Source: an uncultured bacterium
GTDB lineage: Bacteria > Patescibacteriota > Patescibacteriia > UBA1558 > GWA2-36-10
Assembly: GCA_903855135.1 (NCBI GenBank)
Contig: CAINYB010000006.1
Coordinates: forward strand, 29,631-93,630
Direction: 5' to 3'
DNA: 64,000 bases
Shown in pieces: positions 27,600 to 37,705 of the stretch. Every line of letters starts with the position of its first letter. The first letter of the stretch is position 1. The notes under the pieces were generated by a model, which did no database searches, was not told the DNA's origin, and saw only the letters and a list, made by a program, of their open reading frames with translations. A program made the translations under genes and the position numbers.

Positions 27600-28085
27600 T
27601 TAAGTATTTTTGTTTTTAGTTAAGGCAAAAATCTCATCCGCCTTAATTTTCGCTTCTTGCTCTAAGAAATATTTATTCACTTGCGGAATGATGCGTAGCC
27701 ACTCCACGATTAAGCTCAAAATCTTTTTTAATTTTGCTTTACCAGTTTTTAAGAGTTCATTTATTTTAAGGGCAGTTTCCTCACCTTTTTGCTTAAACTT
27801 GATTTGTGTAGCACTATCTAAAGACAAAAAAACTTTTTCCATATCTTTGGACAAGATTTCTTCTACTTTTTTAAGCTCCCAGCCCTCTTCTACTACTGGC
27901 CTTGTCGGCTGACTAGCGATATTAGCCAAAACAGCAGCCGTTTGATTTGCTTCAGTGCTTTTTTCTGTGACTGTTTCTGGCTGTTGTTCTAAAACTGCGC
28001 TAGTATCTTTTTGCTCAACAGCTAAATTAGCCTGTTGCTCAGGAGTGCTACTTTGCTCAATGATTAATTTTTCATCTATTACCAT
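27600..28085 (-). CDS. Acidic hypothetical protein (161 aa) upstream of the fused ATPase
   Basis: ORF only; Q/E/T-rich N-terminus, helical C-terminus. Confidence 0.35.
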   Translation of the reverse strand: MVIDEKLIIEQSSTPEQQANLAVEQKDTSAVLEQQPETVTEKSTEANQTAAVLANIASQPTRPVVEEGWELKKVEEILSKDMEKVFLSLDSATQIKFKQKGEETALKINELLKTGKAKLKKILSLIVEWLRIIPQVNKYFLEQEAKIKADEIFALTKNKNT

Positions 28086-28096
28086 ATGCGTCTTTA

Positions 28097-28534
28097 TTAT
28101 AACAAGTTTCTAAGTTTTTGTAAAAAAATATTTCTATTTTTTAAATTAGTTAAATAAATCTTTTTTTCTCCGATTATCAAACACAAATTAAAAATAGCAT
28201 GTTTATAAACTTGATCAATATCTTCTAAAAATATCTCGTGAAATATTTTATATTCTTTGTGTTGCCAAACTAAAAAAATAATACGCTGATTGGTCAGTAG
28301 ATAACAATCTTCACTATGTAAAATCAGCTGACTAATGAGTAACAATAAAAATAAAATAAGACTAAGCCATAAAGCTAGTCCCTGTCTATTTGAAGATGTC
28401 AGTGGATAGAGCAAAAAAAATGCGAGAGGCAAAAAAACAAAGACTAATAAATACAACAAAGCTCTTTTCTGACGTTTTTTGGCCAAATAACGCAAAATTT
28501 CATTTTTACCTAAAAATTTGCTAAAATTATACAT
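28097..28534 (-). CDS. Small membrane protein, possible bacterial PH-like (YdbS/YdbT-type) fold
   Basis: Two adjacent TM helices followed by an approximately 70-aa soluble domain; assignment by topology only. Confidence 0.3.
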   Translation of the reverse strand: MYNFSKFLGKNEILRYLAKKRQKRALLYLLVFVFLPLAFFLLYPLTSSNRQGLALWLSLILFLLLLISQLILHSEDCYLLTNQRIIFLVWQHKEYKIFHEIFLEDIDQVYKHAIFNLCLIIGEKKIYLTNLKNRNIFLQKLRNLL

Positions 28535-28623
28535 ATGAAAAGAAAAACTAAAAAATTTATTTGGGCTATTTTTTCCAGCATCATGATCTTATCGATGATT
28601 GCCTGGGCTTTTGGTACTGGTAG

Positions 28624-30393
28624 CTAGTCTTTTTTCAAAATTGCCAAATAAGCCTCTTGGGGTATAACGACACGGCCTGTGCTGGCCATTCTTTTTTTAC
28701 CTTTTTTCTGTTTTTCTAATAGTTTACGCTTACGAGTCACATCACCACCATAGAGCTTAGCAGTCACATCTTTACGCATAGCAGATATTTTATCACCAGC
28801 GATTATTTTGCCACCCACGGCTGCTTGTAATTTTATTGCAAATTGAGCTTTTGGTAAAACATCTTTTAGTTTGTTGACTATTCTTTTACCCACCATATGA
28901 GCTTGATCACGATAAACTAAGCTCGTCAAAGCTTCGACTGGATTTTCTGCTACTAAAATATCCATTTTGACCAAATCACATTCGTGATAGCCAGTCAAAT
29001 CATAATTTAATGAAGCATAACCAGAAGAAATGCTTTTTATTTTGTCATAAAAATCTACTAAGACACTACTCAAAGGTATTTGATAACGCAAAATAACTCT
29101 ATTTTCATCCAGATATTCAGTGTCTTTAGCCTGGCCTTTGGCTTCTATAACATACGCTATTAAATCACCGATGTATTTTTTCGGAGTCACTATCTCAATA
29201 TTGACATAAGGCTCCTCTACATAATCAATCAAGGTAGGATCTGGCATTTCTGACGGCGTAGTCAAAATCTTTTGTTCGCCGTTTTTTAAATACAATTTAT
29301 AAGCCACAGTTGGCGTCGTCACTATCAAGTCAAGATTAAACTCTCGCTTTAATCTTTCTTGAAAAATTTCTAAATGCAATAAACCTAAAAAACCACAGCG
29401 AAAACCAAAGCCTAAAGCTTGAGAACTCGCTGGCTCATAAGCCAAACTTGAGTCGCTAAGCTTTAATTTCATGATGGCATCACGCAATTTTTGATATTCA
29501 TTACCTTCGGCTGGGAAAATACCAGCATAAACCATAGGCTTTACTTCTTTGTAGCCAGGCAATGCTTTGGTCTCAGTATTTTGCTTGATGATCGTATCAC
29601 CTACTTGCGCTTTAGAAAGATTTTTTACACTAGTGACTAGATAGCCGATACTACCATTATGTAATAATGGTGCACTGACCCAGTTTGGCTGGAAATAACC
29701 AAGATCTAAAACTTCGGTGTTTTCACCACTGGCAACAAATTGTACTTTGTCCCCTTTTTTTAAGTCACCACCAAAAACTCGGATATAAATCACTACACCC
29801 CGATATTCATCATAAGTGGAATCAAAAACTAAAGCTTTTAAATCTCTTTCTGTATCTTTAGGGCTTGGTACGCGCTCGATAATAGCTTGCAAGACCGCTT
29901 CGACGCCCATGCCAGTTTTTGCTGACACGCTCAAAATATCTTCTTTTTTGCAGCCCAATAAATTAACGATTTCTTGAGTCACCGTGGGCACATCAGCAGC
30001 TGGCAAATCAATTTTATTTATAACCGGGATAATAGTTAAGTTTTGTTCTAAGGCTAAATACAAATTAGCCAAAGTCTGTGCTTCGATACCTTGAGTAGCG
30101 TCAACTAATAAAATAGCTCCTTCAACAGCCGCTAGGGAGCGAGAAACTTCATAAGTAAAATCGACGTGACCAGGAGTGTCGATCAAGTTTAGTTCATGAC
30201 CATGCCATTGCATTCGTGCGGGCTGAAGCTTGATCGTGATACCACGCTCACGCTCAAGATCCATTTGATCCAAAATTTGTGCTTTCATTTTTCGCGCCTC
30301 AACAGTTTTTGTCACCTCTAAAAAACGGTCAGCCAAAGTCGACTTACCGTGGTCAATATGCGCTATTATGCAGAAATTACGGATATTATTCAT
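28624..30393 (-). CDS. lepA: Elongation factor 4 (LepA)
   Basis: IRNFCIIAHIDHGKSTLADR, DTPGHVDF, NKID; LepA-specific C-terminal region; 589 aa. Confidence 0.95.
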   Translation of the reverse strand: MNNIRNFCIIAHIDHGKSTLADRFLEVTKTVEARKMKAQILDQMDLERERGITIKLQPARMQWHGHELNLIDTPGHVDFTYEVSRSLAAVEGAILLVDATQGIEAQTLANLYLALEQNLTIIPVINKIDLPAADVPTVTQEIVNLLGCKKEDILSVSAKTGMGVEAVLQAIIERVPSPKDTERDLKALVFDSTYDEYRGVVIYIRVFGGDLKKGDKVQFVASGENTEVLDLGYFQPNWVSAPLLHNGSIGYLVTSVKNLSKAQVGDTIIKQNTETKALPGYKEVKPMVYAGIFPAEGNEYQKLRDAIMKLKLSDSSLAYEPASSQALGFGFRCGFLGLLHLEIFQERLKREFNLDLIVTTPTVAYKLYLKNGEQKILTTPSEMPDPTLIDYVEEPYVNIEIVTPKKYIGDLIAYVIEAKGQAKDTEYLDENRVILRYQIPLSSVLVDFYDKIKSISSGYASLNYDLTGYHECDLVKMDILVAENPVEALTSLVYRDQAHMVGKRIVNKLKDVLPKAQFAIKLQAAVGGKIIAGDKISAMRKDVTAKLYGGDVTRKRKLLEKQKKGKKRMASTGRVVIPQEAYLAILKKD

Positions 30394-30396
30394 GCG

Positions 30397-31974
30397 CTAT
30401 CTTTTAAAGATTAATAGGCCTTTTTTAAATAATTTTTTAAATAAAGCTACTTCTTCTAGCTTGAACACTATACCTAAAATCAAATAACTTAGCAAGCCGA
30501 CAGTACCCGCTACTAGACCCTGGCTAAAGATACCAATAAAGCTATGCATATCTACTAATGGTGCGATAAAATGTAAGGCTAAATAAGCTAAAACACCAGC
30601 CAGCAAAGAATTAAAAGTTATTTTTAAAGAAGAAATAAAAATTATTTGATCATCTAAATCTCGTACATGTCGATGTAAAAAAATGTATAACAAAATCATA
30701 TTTAAAATACTAGAAATCGAAAAAGCTGTAGCTAGACCCAAAACACCATATGGCTTGGCTAAAGAAATAGACAAAACAATATTGATAGCTACACTAAATA
30801 AACTGATATACATCGGGATCTTGGTATCTTCACAAGCATAAAAAGAACGAGCAAGTAGTGGAATAAGTCCTTGAGCAAAAATAGAAATCGCAAAACAACC
30901 AAGCGCTTGAGCAGTGTAATAAGTATTATCCCAATTAAAAGCTCCGGAGCCCAAGACAATACGGACAAACTGGGCACGTAAAATCAAAATAAAAACAGAT
31001 AGTGGCACTAATAAAAATAAAATGCGACGAAAACTTTGCGAAAAAGTCTTGGCAAATAATTGTTTATTATCTTCGTTGATCGCTTGGGTAAAAGTAGGAA
31101 AAACTGCGATTGCCAAAGATACCGCAAATAAACTAACTGGCAAGCTCTGTAAATTGTTAGCTAAATTAAATACCGCAATGCTACCGGCTGATAAAGTGGA
31201 AGCAATCACCGTGGTAGCAATCAGATTCAACTGACCAACTGCCAAAGAAAAAGTCCGTGGCAACATCAGCCACAAGATTCTTTTTAACTCTTGGCTAAAT
31301 TTGAAAGTCAACTGATAATGATAGCCATGTTTATAAGCTTCTGGTAATTGTACTAACAAATGCATAGCTGCACCCAAAACTACACCCCAGGCTAAACCGG
31401 ATAAAGAAAAAATTGGGTAAAGCCAAACAATACCAATAATAATACCGATATTATAAAAACTAGAAGCTAAAGAAAAGCTGAAAAACTTTTTCCAAGAATT
31501 TAATACTCCACCCAAAAGATTGGAAGCCACAAAAAAGAAAACTGCAAATAACATGATGCGTGTCAAATAAGTGACTCGCTCTAATTGCCAAGCTAAAAAT
31601 CCCGGGGTCAAAACCTGCATGATCTTTGGGGCAAAAACAAAAGCCAAAACAACTAGAATTGCCATGATAAACAAAAAGAAATTCAAAACAGAATTCGCTA
31701 AAATCAAAGCCTTATCTCTGTCTTTAGTCCAGGCTTTTTGAAATACCGGGATAAAAGCTGAAGTCAAAGCTCCTAAAACTAAAGTATTAAAAATCAAATC
31801 TGGCAAACGAAAAGCTGCATAATAAATATCAGATATTTGTGAAGCGCCAAAATTATGCGCGATCAAACGCTCTCGCAATAAAGCAAAAACTTTGGATAAA
31901 AAAGAAAAGCCGGTGATCAAAATCGCACCGCCCATCACTGTATTATTTATTTTTTGCCAAATTTTATGCAACAT
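30397..31974 (-). CDS. murJ: Lipid II flippase MurJ (MviN)
   Basis: 525 aa, 14 TM; N-terminal SKVFALLRERLIAHNFGAS...DIYYAAFRLPDL typical of MurJ. Confidence 0.85.
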   Translation of the reverse strand: MLHKIWQKINNTVMGGAILITGFSFLSKVFALLRERLIAHNFGASQISDIYYAAFRLPDLIFNTLVLGALTSAFIPVFQKAWTKDRDKALILANSVLNFFLFIMAILVVLAFVFAPKIMQVLTPGFLAWQLERVTYLTRIMLFAVFFFVASNLLGGVLNSWKKFFSFSLASSFYNIGIIIGIVWLYPIFSLSGLAWGVVLGAAMHLLVQLPEAYKHGYHYQLTFKFSQELKRILWLMLPRTFSLAVGQLNLIATTVIASTLSAGSIAVFNLANNLQSLPVSLFAVSLAIAVFPTFTQAINEDNKQLFAKTFSQSFRRILFLLVPLSVFILILRAQFVRIVLGSGAFNWDNTYYTAQALGCFAISIFAQGLIPLLARSFYACEDTKIPMYISLFSVAINIVLSISLAKPYGVLGLATAFSISSILNMILLYIFLHRHVRDLDDQIIFISSLKITFNSLLAGVLAYLALHFIAPLVDMHSFIGIFSQGLVAGTVGLLSYLILGIVFKLEEVALFKKLFKKGLLIFKR

Positions 31975-31975
31975 T

Positions 31976-34351
31976 TTATTTATTTGTCATGATAAAACCA
32001 AAGTATTGATCATTTTCTAAATCATCACCATAGCTCACCAATTTATTATTGATGCTCATTTTAGTTTGATCTAAAGCTTGACCCCAAACTACTTTGAGAT
32101 TATCTGGCAATAAAACACTAGAGTTAAAAACCGTATTTTTTACACCAGCTTGTGACTGTAATAATAAGCTATAATTATCTAAAGTGACATTATCTTTAAA
32201 AATTTTATGCCACCAATTATTAGCTAGATTATCAACTACTTTGATTTTAAAAGGTAATTTGTATTTAAGGGCTACCGTTTTACTTTCACCTGGCTTTAAA
32301 GTCATCCAGTTTGCAAACACGGTTTTATTTAAACTAGTATAAATTTCTGTCTGCGAATCAGACGCAAAAACTTTATTTTTTTCTTCTAGCTTTATATCTT
32401 GATCATCTTGAGCATCGGTCTGTGCTTGAAAAGCTTCGCTATTAAAATGATCAAAGCCCGAAGCTAAAACTAGCTCACTGCCTACTGGCACATAAAAACG
32501 TAAATAGCTAGCATTTCCACCTTGAAAACCAGCCAAAGGATTATTAGCCTCGCCTTTGTTTGTTCTCGTCACTTTGACGGTATCAATGATTTCACCATTT
32601 GGCATGATCTCTGCCTGATGCTCAATCGTCTGGTAAATATCTTTATCGGTTTTTCCACCAGCAATATTTGTATTTACTACTTCTAGATAGTCCTTGCTTG
32701 AGCTCAACATTTCTCCAGCCCAAGCAAATTTTTTGACCTTAGCTTGCAAATCAGCGTCTGATAAATAAATTTGTATATCTTTGTTGGCTAAAGCATCGAC
32801 TAAAACTTTGACTACTTCTTTTTGCTTATCTTTGTTATCAAGTAATTTTTCTAAAAGTTTTGGCGCTAAATCAGCAATAATCGCTTTTGGCTGATTGGTA
32901 GTTTTGTCATAATTTAGCTCTACTTGATTTTGTAAAGTAGTAAATAAATTATCCGCCGTAATAGTGACATTATATTCCGGCATCGACATCTCACCAGTCA
33001 CTTTTAATAGCTCACCCAACAAATCCGCATTGACTGCAATCACGCCGTCAGTGGTTGCTCCACCATAATTTTGGTACATCCAAGAGATTTTTTTAGCGCT
33101 CGTGGGAAAATCTGGCCACCAATTTGCATCCCAGAGATTAAAATAAGGATTAATCAAGGATAAAGCCCGTGGAGATTTGAGCTTCACAGTTTGACCAGCT
33201 GCTAAATCATAAGTGCCACCTTTAGGAATTTCTAGATTAGTGATTTTACCGTGATAAACATCTAACAAAGCCATGGAACCGATAAAACCACCAGTGGCTC
33301 TTAATTCATTATTATTTTGAAATAATACTAAATATCTTTTTTCTTGTGTATGGCCTAAGACTTCCCCAAAGACGGCAAAAACATCTTTAATGTTTTTCAA
33401 GCTCATTGTTGCTTTTGGCAAATAGTCAGCTAATTCTTTAAAATAGCCTTGGATTTCTGGATCTAGACTATCTAAATCTATTTTTTTAATGTCACGGCTT
33501 GCTGTCTCTAGATAAGGCAAAGTTTGATCAATTTGACCACTCAAAAATAATAGATGATTAGTGACGTTTTCATTGTTTTGGAATTGCTGATTCAAAGTCA
33601 CGGCTGCCTGGGAAACATCGTTGGCAATATTCAAAAGATTTGTGCCCACGGAAACTGATTTACCGACAATAGGCATCTTGCCACCAGCCTCGATCATCCA
33701 GGTCTGATATTTATCTAAAACATCTTGAATGGCCGCAAAATTAGCTAAAGCCGCTTGAAAATCGCTTTCTGAAGTTTGTAAATCATTAGCAGAAGCAGAT
33801 AGCAAGCCAGATTGCAGATTAAATAAGCCATTTTTACCTAGTTGCCAAATCTTAGTTTTGTCTTGGGAAAAATTTTGATAAAAAACCAAAGCCTTTAGCG
33901 GTAATAAAACTAATAAAATAATAAAAACAAAGACTATTAATTGCTTAGAAATTTTAAATAAAGGTGTTTTAACATCTGACCAAGAAAAGCTATCATCCTC
34001 GCCTTGATCAAAAGTTTCTTTATTTCTCCAGCTAAATTTCTTTTTGACTTCTACTTTAGGCTGTGGATGTTTTAAGTCCAAAACATGATGAGCTGGTTTG
34101 ATTTTTTTAATGATTTGTGGAGTTTGCTGGGCTACAACAGTTTCTTTAAATTCACTTTTTTGTCTAGTCAAAAAATATGAAGCCTGGCCTAAGTCTTCTT
34201 GGATTAATCTATCTAATTTCGCTAAAGCTTTTTGTCTTTTTTCCCAGCTTGCACCAAAATCCACTAAAAAATCATCCAGATCAGTTAAGAAGGATTGTTT
34301 GATTTCTGTTAAATTAGAAAGATTTGGAGATTTATAATCTTCGTGTTGCAT
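31976..34351 (-). CDS. DUF4012-like large membrane-anchored extracytoplasmic protein
   Basis: 791 aa, single TM after an N-terminal cytoplasmic segment; NNNELRATGGFIGS motif; context next to the cell-wall glycosylation cluster. Confidence 0.5.
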   Translation of the reverse strand: MQHEDYKSPNLSNLTEIKQSFLTDLDDFLVDFGASWEKRQKALAKLDRLIQEDLGQASYFLTRQKSEFKETVVAQQTPQIIKKIKPAHHVLDLKHPQPKVEVKKKFSWRNKETFDQGEDDSFSWSDVKTPLFKISKQLIVFVFIILLVLLPLKALVFYQNFSQDKTKIWQLGKNGLFNLQSGLLSASANDLQTSESDFQAALANFAAIQDVLDKYQTWMIEAGGKMPIVGKSVSVGTNLLNIANDVSQAAVTLNQQFQNNENVTNHLLFLSGQIDQTLPYLETASRDIKKIDLDSLDPEIQGYFKELADYLPKATMSLKNIKDVFAVFGEVLGHTQEKRYLVLFQNNNELRATGGFIGSMALLDVYHGKITNLEIPKGGTYDLAAGQTVKLKSPRALSLINPYFNLWDANWWPDFPTSAKKISWMYQNYGGATTDGVIAVNADLLGELLKVTGEMSMPEYNVTITADNLFTTLQNQVELNYDKTTNQPKAIIADLAPKLLEKLLDNKDKQKEVVKVLVDALANKDIQIYLSDADLQAKVKKFAWAGEMLSSSKDYLEVVNTNIAGGKTDKDIYQTIEHQAEIMPNGEIIDTVKVTRTNKGEANNPLAGFQGGNASYLRFYVPVGSELVLASGFDHFNSEAFQAQTDAQDDQDIKLEEKNKVFASDSQTEIYTSLNKTVFANWMTLKPGESKTVALKYKLPFKIKVVDNLANNWWHKIFKDNVTLDNYSLLLQSQAGVKNTVFNSSVLLPDNLKVVWGQALDQTKMSINNKLVSYGDDLENDQYFGFIMTNK

Positions 34352-34398
34352 AAGCTAAAAGCTTGCCTATATTATAGCATAATAACACAAAAAAAATA

Positions 34399-34425
34399 AA
34401 CTACCCACCAGCGGCGGGTAGTTTA
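34399..34425 (-). terminator. Hairpin aaactacccacc-agc-ggcgggtagttt plus T-run
   Basis: Downstream of the DUF4012 gene stop. Confidence 0.5.
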
Positions 34426-35514
34426 TTTTTGATAGCAGTGTGTAATTATTTCTTGCGCCATTTTTTCCCAAGAGTATCTAGCCAACACTGCATTGCTATT
34501 ACTCAATAAAGATTGTTTTAAATTATCATCGCTGATGATTTGCTCTAGCTTATGTAATAAGTCTTCTTTATTTTTCGGATCAAAGTATAAAACCGAGTCA
34601 GCTAAAATCTCCGGCAGACAAGAAGCTGATGATGATAAAACTGGCGTCTGATAAGCTAAAGCTTCGAGTGGTGGTAAACCAAAACCTTCATAAAGCGAAG
34701 GAAAAATATAAGCTGTTGCTTGCTGATAAAAAGAAGCTAATTTTTTATCAGGGATAAAACCAGCAAAAACCACATGCTGTCCAGCAGTTTTTTCTAGCTG
34801 TTGGTAAAAATAGTTATGATCCCCTACTAAAACTAAATAAAAATCTGGATGAGTTTTTAAAAATTTAGCAAAAACTGTTAATAAAAATTCTAAATTTTTA
34901 TGAGGATAAGCATTACCCACATAAAGAAAAAATTTCTCCGGTAAATCATCATTGATTTCTGGCGTGGCTTTGATAGGTGTCAAACCTTCATAAATAACTT
35001 TTATTTTTTCAGCTTGCTTTGGTGATAATTTAAAATAATTTTTGATATCATCAGCCGTAAATTGTGAGACCGCGATTATCTTCTCTGCTCTTTTGATAGC
35101 TAATCTGATGGTCAACTGATAAGCTAAACGTTTAAAAATAAAAATGAAACGATTTAAAGTACTAGTGCGAATACTAGGAAACTTGGTCATAATCAAATCA
35201 TGGATAGTGACGATAAATTTTCCTCGATAAAAAATCGGTACATTAAAATGAGGAAAATGCACTAAATCTGGTTTTAATTTTTTTAATATCGATGGCAAAA
35301 AAATTTGTTCTTGCCATGAATACCAATGATATGGACAAATTTTCCAAGAAAAATTAGCCGGCAATTCCGGCAAATCTGAACTTAATGTTTTTATTAAAAT
35401 AATATATTGATTTTGTGCATCAAATTTAGCTAAATTTAATAAAAGCTGTTGGTTATAACGACCTAAGCCACCATATTTTGGACCAAAAATTCTAAGATCT
35501 AAAACGATGCGCAT
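34423..35514 (-). CDS. GT4-family glycosyltransferase
   Basis: EX7E region FPSLYEGFGLPPLEALA; start taken at MRIVLDLRIF. Confidence 0.75.
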   Translation of the reverse strand: MRIVLDLRIFGPKYGGLGRYNQQLLLNLAKFDAQNQYIILIKTLSSDLPELPANFSWKICPYHWYSWQEQIFLPSILKKLKPDLVHFPHFNVPIFYRGKFIVTIHDLIMTKFPSIRTSTLNRFIFIFKRLAYQLTIRLAIKRAEKIIAVSQFTADDIKNYFKLSPKQAEKIKVIYEGLTPIKATPEINDDLPEKFFLYVGNAYPHKNLEFLLTVFAKFLKTHPDFYLVLVGDHNYFYQQLEKTAGQHVVFAGFIPDKKLASFYQQATAYIFPSLYEGFGLPPLEALAYQTPVLSSSASCLPEILADSVLYFDPKNKEDLLHKLEQIISDDNLKQSLLSNSNAVLARYSWEKMAQEIITHCYQK

Positions 35515-36619
35515 TTTTAAACAGGTTAATAATAGTTTGTGTTTGTTGAGCTTTATCCGGGATGACAAAGCCTTTCGTTTTATTGATAATATATTGCTCT
35601 AAATTTTTATCAGTAGTCAATTGTTTTAATAATTGATAAATCTCCGCTGGATTATAAGGATCGACGTATAGTGCTTGATCTTTCATGATTTCTGGCAAAG
35701 AAGTTTTATAGCTGATAATCACTGGCTTAGCTTGAACTGTAGCCTCTAGCGGTGGAAAGCCAAAGCCTTCATAAAAAGATGGCCAAATCAAGCCAAGAGA
35801 CAAAAAATATAAAGCATCACGTTTTTTACCAGCCACAAAACCCACGTATCTGATATAATCTCTTTTTTTTAATAAACGAAATAAAGGATTATAAAGCCAG
35901 CCTTTATTTCCAACTAATAACAAATCAATATCTGGATAGTCCTGGTGATACAGATCAAAAGCTTTGATAATGCTCCTGATATTTTTTCTCGGCTCCACAG
36001 TGCCTAGATAAAGAAAAAACTTTTTATTTAACTGCAAATCCTTAGTCAATTCTTCGGCTAAAGCTTGCGTCATACGATGAGTATGTAAGCTAGGATAAAT
36101 AACTTTTAACTTTTCTTCCCTGACTGTAAAAAAACGCATGATATCTCGCTTAGTATGTAATGAAACAGCAATCACTTGATCAGCACGATTGATTAATTGC
36201 TTGATATTCACTAAAGCATGCCACCACTTCATTTTTAAAGAATAAAAATGACGACTGTGCAAAAAAGATAAATCATGCACCGTCAAAATCAATGGCGTGA
36301 CATCATTGATTCGAAAAAAATTTAAATTTGGTAGCCAAAAAACATCCAAACTAACTGGCGAAAAACTAGTAAAATCTTTTAATAAATTAAATAGCAAAGC
36401 TAGATTTAATATTTTATTTGGCCAAGGGATATGAAGATGAACAACGTTTTTTTGCTTTAGGCTTTCTGGCAAAGTAAGTTTTTTTAAACCAGCGGAAAAT
36501 AAATAATAAATATTTACTTTATCCTGTGCTAAAACATCCTGTAAAGTATGAAAAACATAATTACCCACGCCACTGCGCTGGTCAAAAGACAAAGTTCTGA
36601 TATCTACTCCAATTTTCAT
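35492..36619 (-). CDS. GT4-family glycosyltransferase
   Basis: MKIGVDIRTL N-terminus; WPSFYEGFGFPPLEA. Confidence 0.75.
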   Translation of the reverse strand: MKIGVDIRTLSFDQRSGVGNYVFHTLQDVLAQDKVNIYYLFSAGLKKLTLPESLKQKNVVHLHIPWPNKILNLALLFNLLKDFTSFSPVSLDVFWLPNLNFFRINDVTPLILTVHDLSFLHSRHFYSLKMKWWHALVNIKQLINRADQVIAVSLHTKRDIMRFFTVREEKLKVIYPSLHTHRMTQALAEELTKDLQLNKKFFLYLGTVEPRKNIRSIIKAFDLYHQDYPDIDLLLVGNKGWLYNPLFRLLKKRDYIRYVGFVAGKKRDALYFLSLGLIWPSFYEGFGFPPLEATVQAKPVIISYKTSLPEIMKDQALYVDPYNPAEIYQLLKQLTTDKNLEQYIINKTKGFVIPDKAQQTQTIINLFKNAHRFRS

Positions 36620-36621
36620 AA

Positions 36622-37704
36622 TTAAGCTTGCTTTAGTAGTTCTAATAATCTTGCTTTAAAAACACTGATATCAAATTTTTCTGCATGAGCTCGGATCAGT
36701 TCTGGCTGCCAAGTGATAGTTTGATAGCGTAAAACTGCATAAGTCAAAGCCGCCCAATTTTGATCTTTAAAAAATACGCCTGTCTGACCATCTATGACAG
36801 TCTCTAAAGCACCACCTTTTTTATAGGCGATCACTGGTCGCCCAGAAGCCATTGCTTCTAAAGCCGAGATGCCCAAATCCTCTACTTGGGGATACAAAAA
36901 TGCCTGACAACGAGCTAAATATTTATTTCTGACTTCGTCTGACACTTCACCTAAAAATTCAATATTGGCACTTGCCATTTTTTTCAGTTTTTTATATTCA
37001 CTACCGGTGCCAATGATTTTTAAAGGCAATTTCATATTATTAAAAGCCCGAATCGCTAAATCTACTTTCTTATATGGTCTAAGACGCGAAACAATCAAAA
37101 AATAATCATCTACTTGGTTACTTATATAAAAATCATCTACTTTTATCGGCGGATAAATAACTTGTGCTTCACGCTGATAATGTTTTTTTATTTTGTCCGC
37201 GATAAATTGAGAGTTGGCGATAAATTTATCTACTTTTTGCGCTTGGCTAAAATCCCAAGTTTGCAAACCATTTAATAAACGTGGTAAAAATATTTTTAAA
37301 AATTTAGGTACTTGTAAGTTACCTAAATATTCAGCCTTATCATCCCATAAATAGCGAGTCGGCGCGTGACAATAGCAAATATGTTTAGCTTGATTTTTAG
37401 TTTTTACTCCTTTGACAAAACTAGAAGCCGAAGATATGACGGTGTCATATTCACTTAAGTCAGTTTTTTCCCAAATTTTTGGCATCAAAAATAAAAAATA
37501 TTTAAAAAAATGCAAAATCAAAGGAATGTTTTGCAAATCAGAAGTTTTTATTTTTTCTTGACTCAAAAGTAAAGCGCTTACTTTTTTATCATTAATCAAA
37601 GTAAAAATTGGCGCTTCCGGAAACATTTCAGCTAAAACTGCTAAAACTCTTTCTGCGCCACCGTTTTGAAATAAATGATCGTGAGCCAAAGCAATTTTTG
37701 GCAT
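36622..37704 (-). CDS. GT4-family glycosyltransferase
   Basis: AHDHLFQNGGAERV N-terminus; C-terminal EDLGISALEAMASGRPVIA. Confidence 0.75.
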   Translation of the reverse strand: MPKIALAHDHLFQNGGAERVLAVLAEMFPEAPIFTLINDKKVSALLLSQEKIKTSDLQNIPLILHFFKYFLFLMPKIWEKTDLSEYDTVISSASSFVKGVKTKNQAKHICYCHAPTRYLWDDKAEYLGNLQVPKFLKIFLPRLLNGLQTWDFSQAQKVDKFIANSQFIADKIKKHYQREAQVIYPPIKVDDFYISNQVDDYFLIVSRLRPYKKVDLAIRAFNNMKLPLKIIGTGSEYKKLKKMASANIEFLGEVSDEVRNKYLARCQAFLYPQVEDLGISALEAMASGRPVIAYKKGGALETVIDGQTGVFFKDQNWAALTYAVLRYQTITWQPELIRAHAEKFDISVFKARLLELLKQA

Positions 37705-37705
37705 A

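Noticed and set aside
12786-28534. Integrated conjugative element or prophage carrying the TrwB-like ATPases
   Set aside because: No integrase, relaxase, VirB4, VirB6, VirB8 or phage structural genes. The interval is packed with core genes (secDF, dnaX, mnmA, alaS). The single tRNA is not flanked by direct repeats that I can see.
28535-28623. Plus-strand 30-codon ORF (MKRKTKKFIWAIFSS...) between lepA and the two-TM protein gene
   Set aside because: It is on the opposite strand to all CDS, very short, and sits in what is most simply the lepA 3' UTR and the promoter region of the downstream gene.
30789-30977. 62-aa minus-strand ORF inside murJ in another frame
   Set aside because: It is nested in an alternative frame of the MurJ gene and has no independent support.
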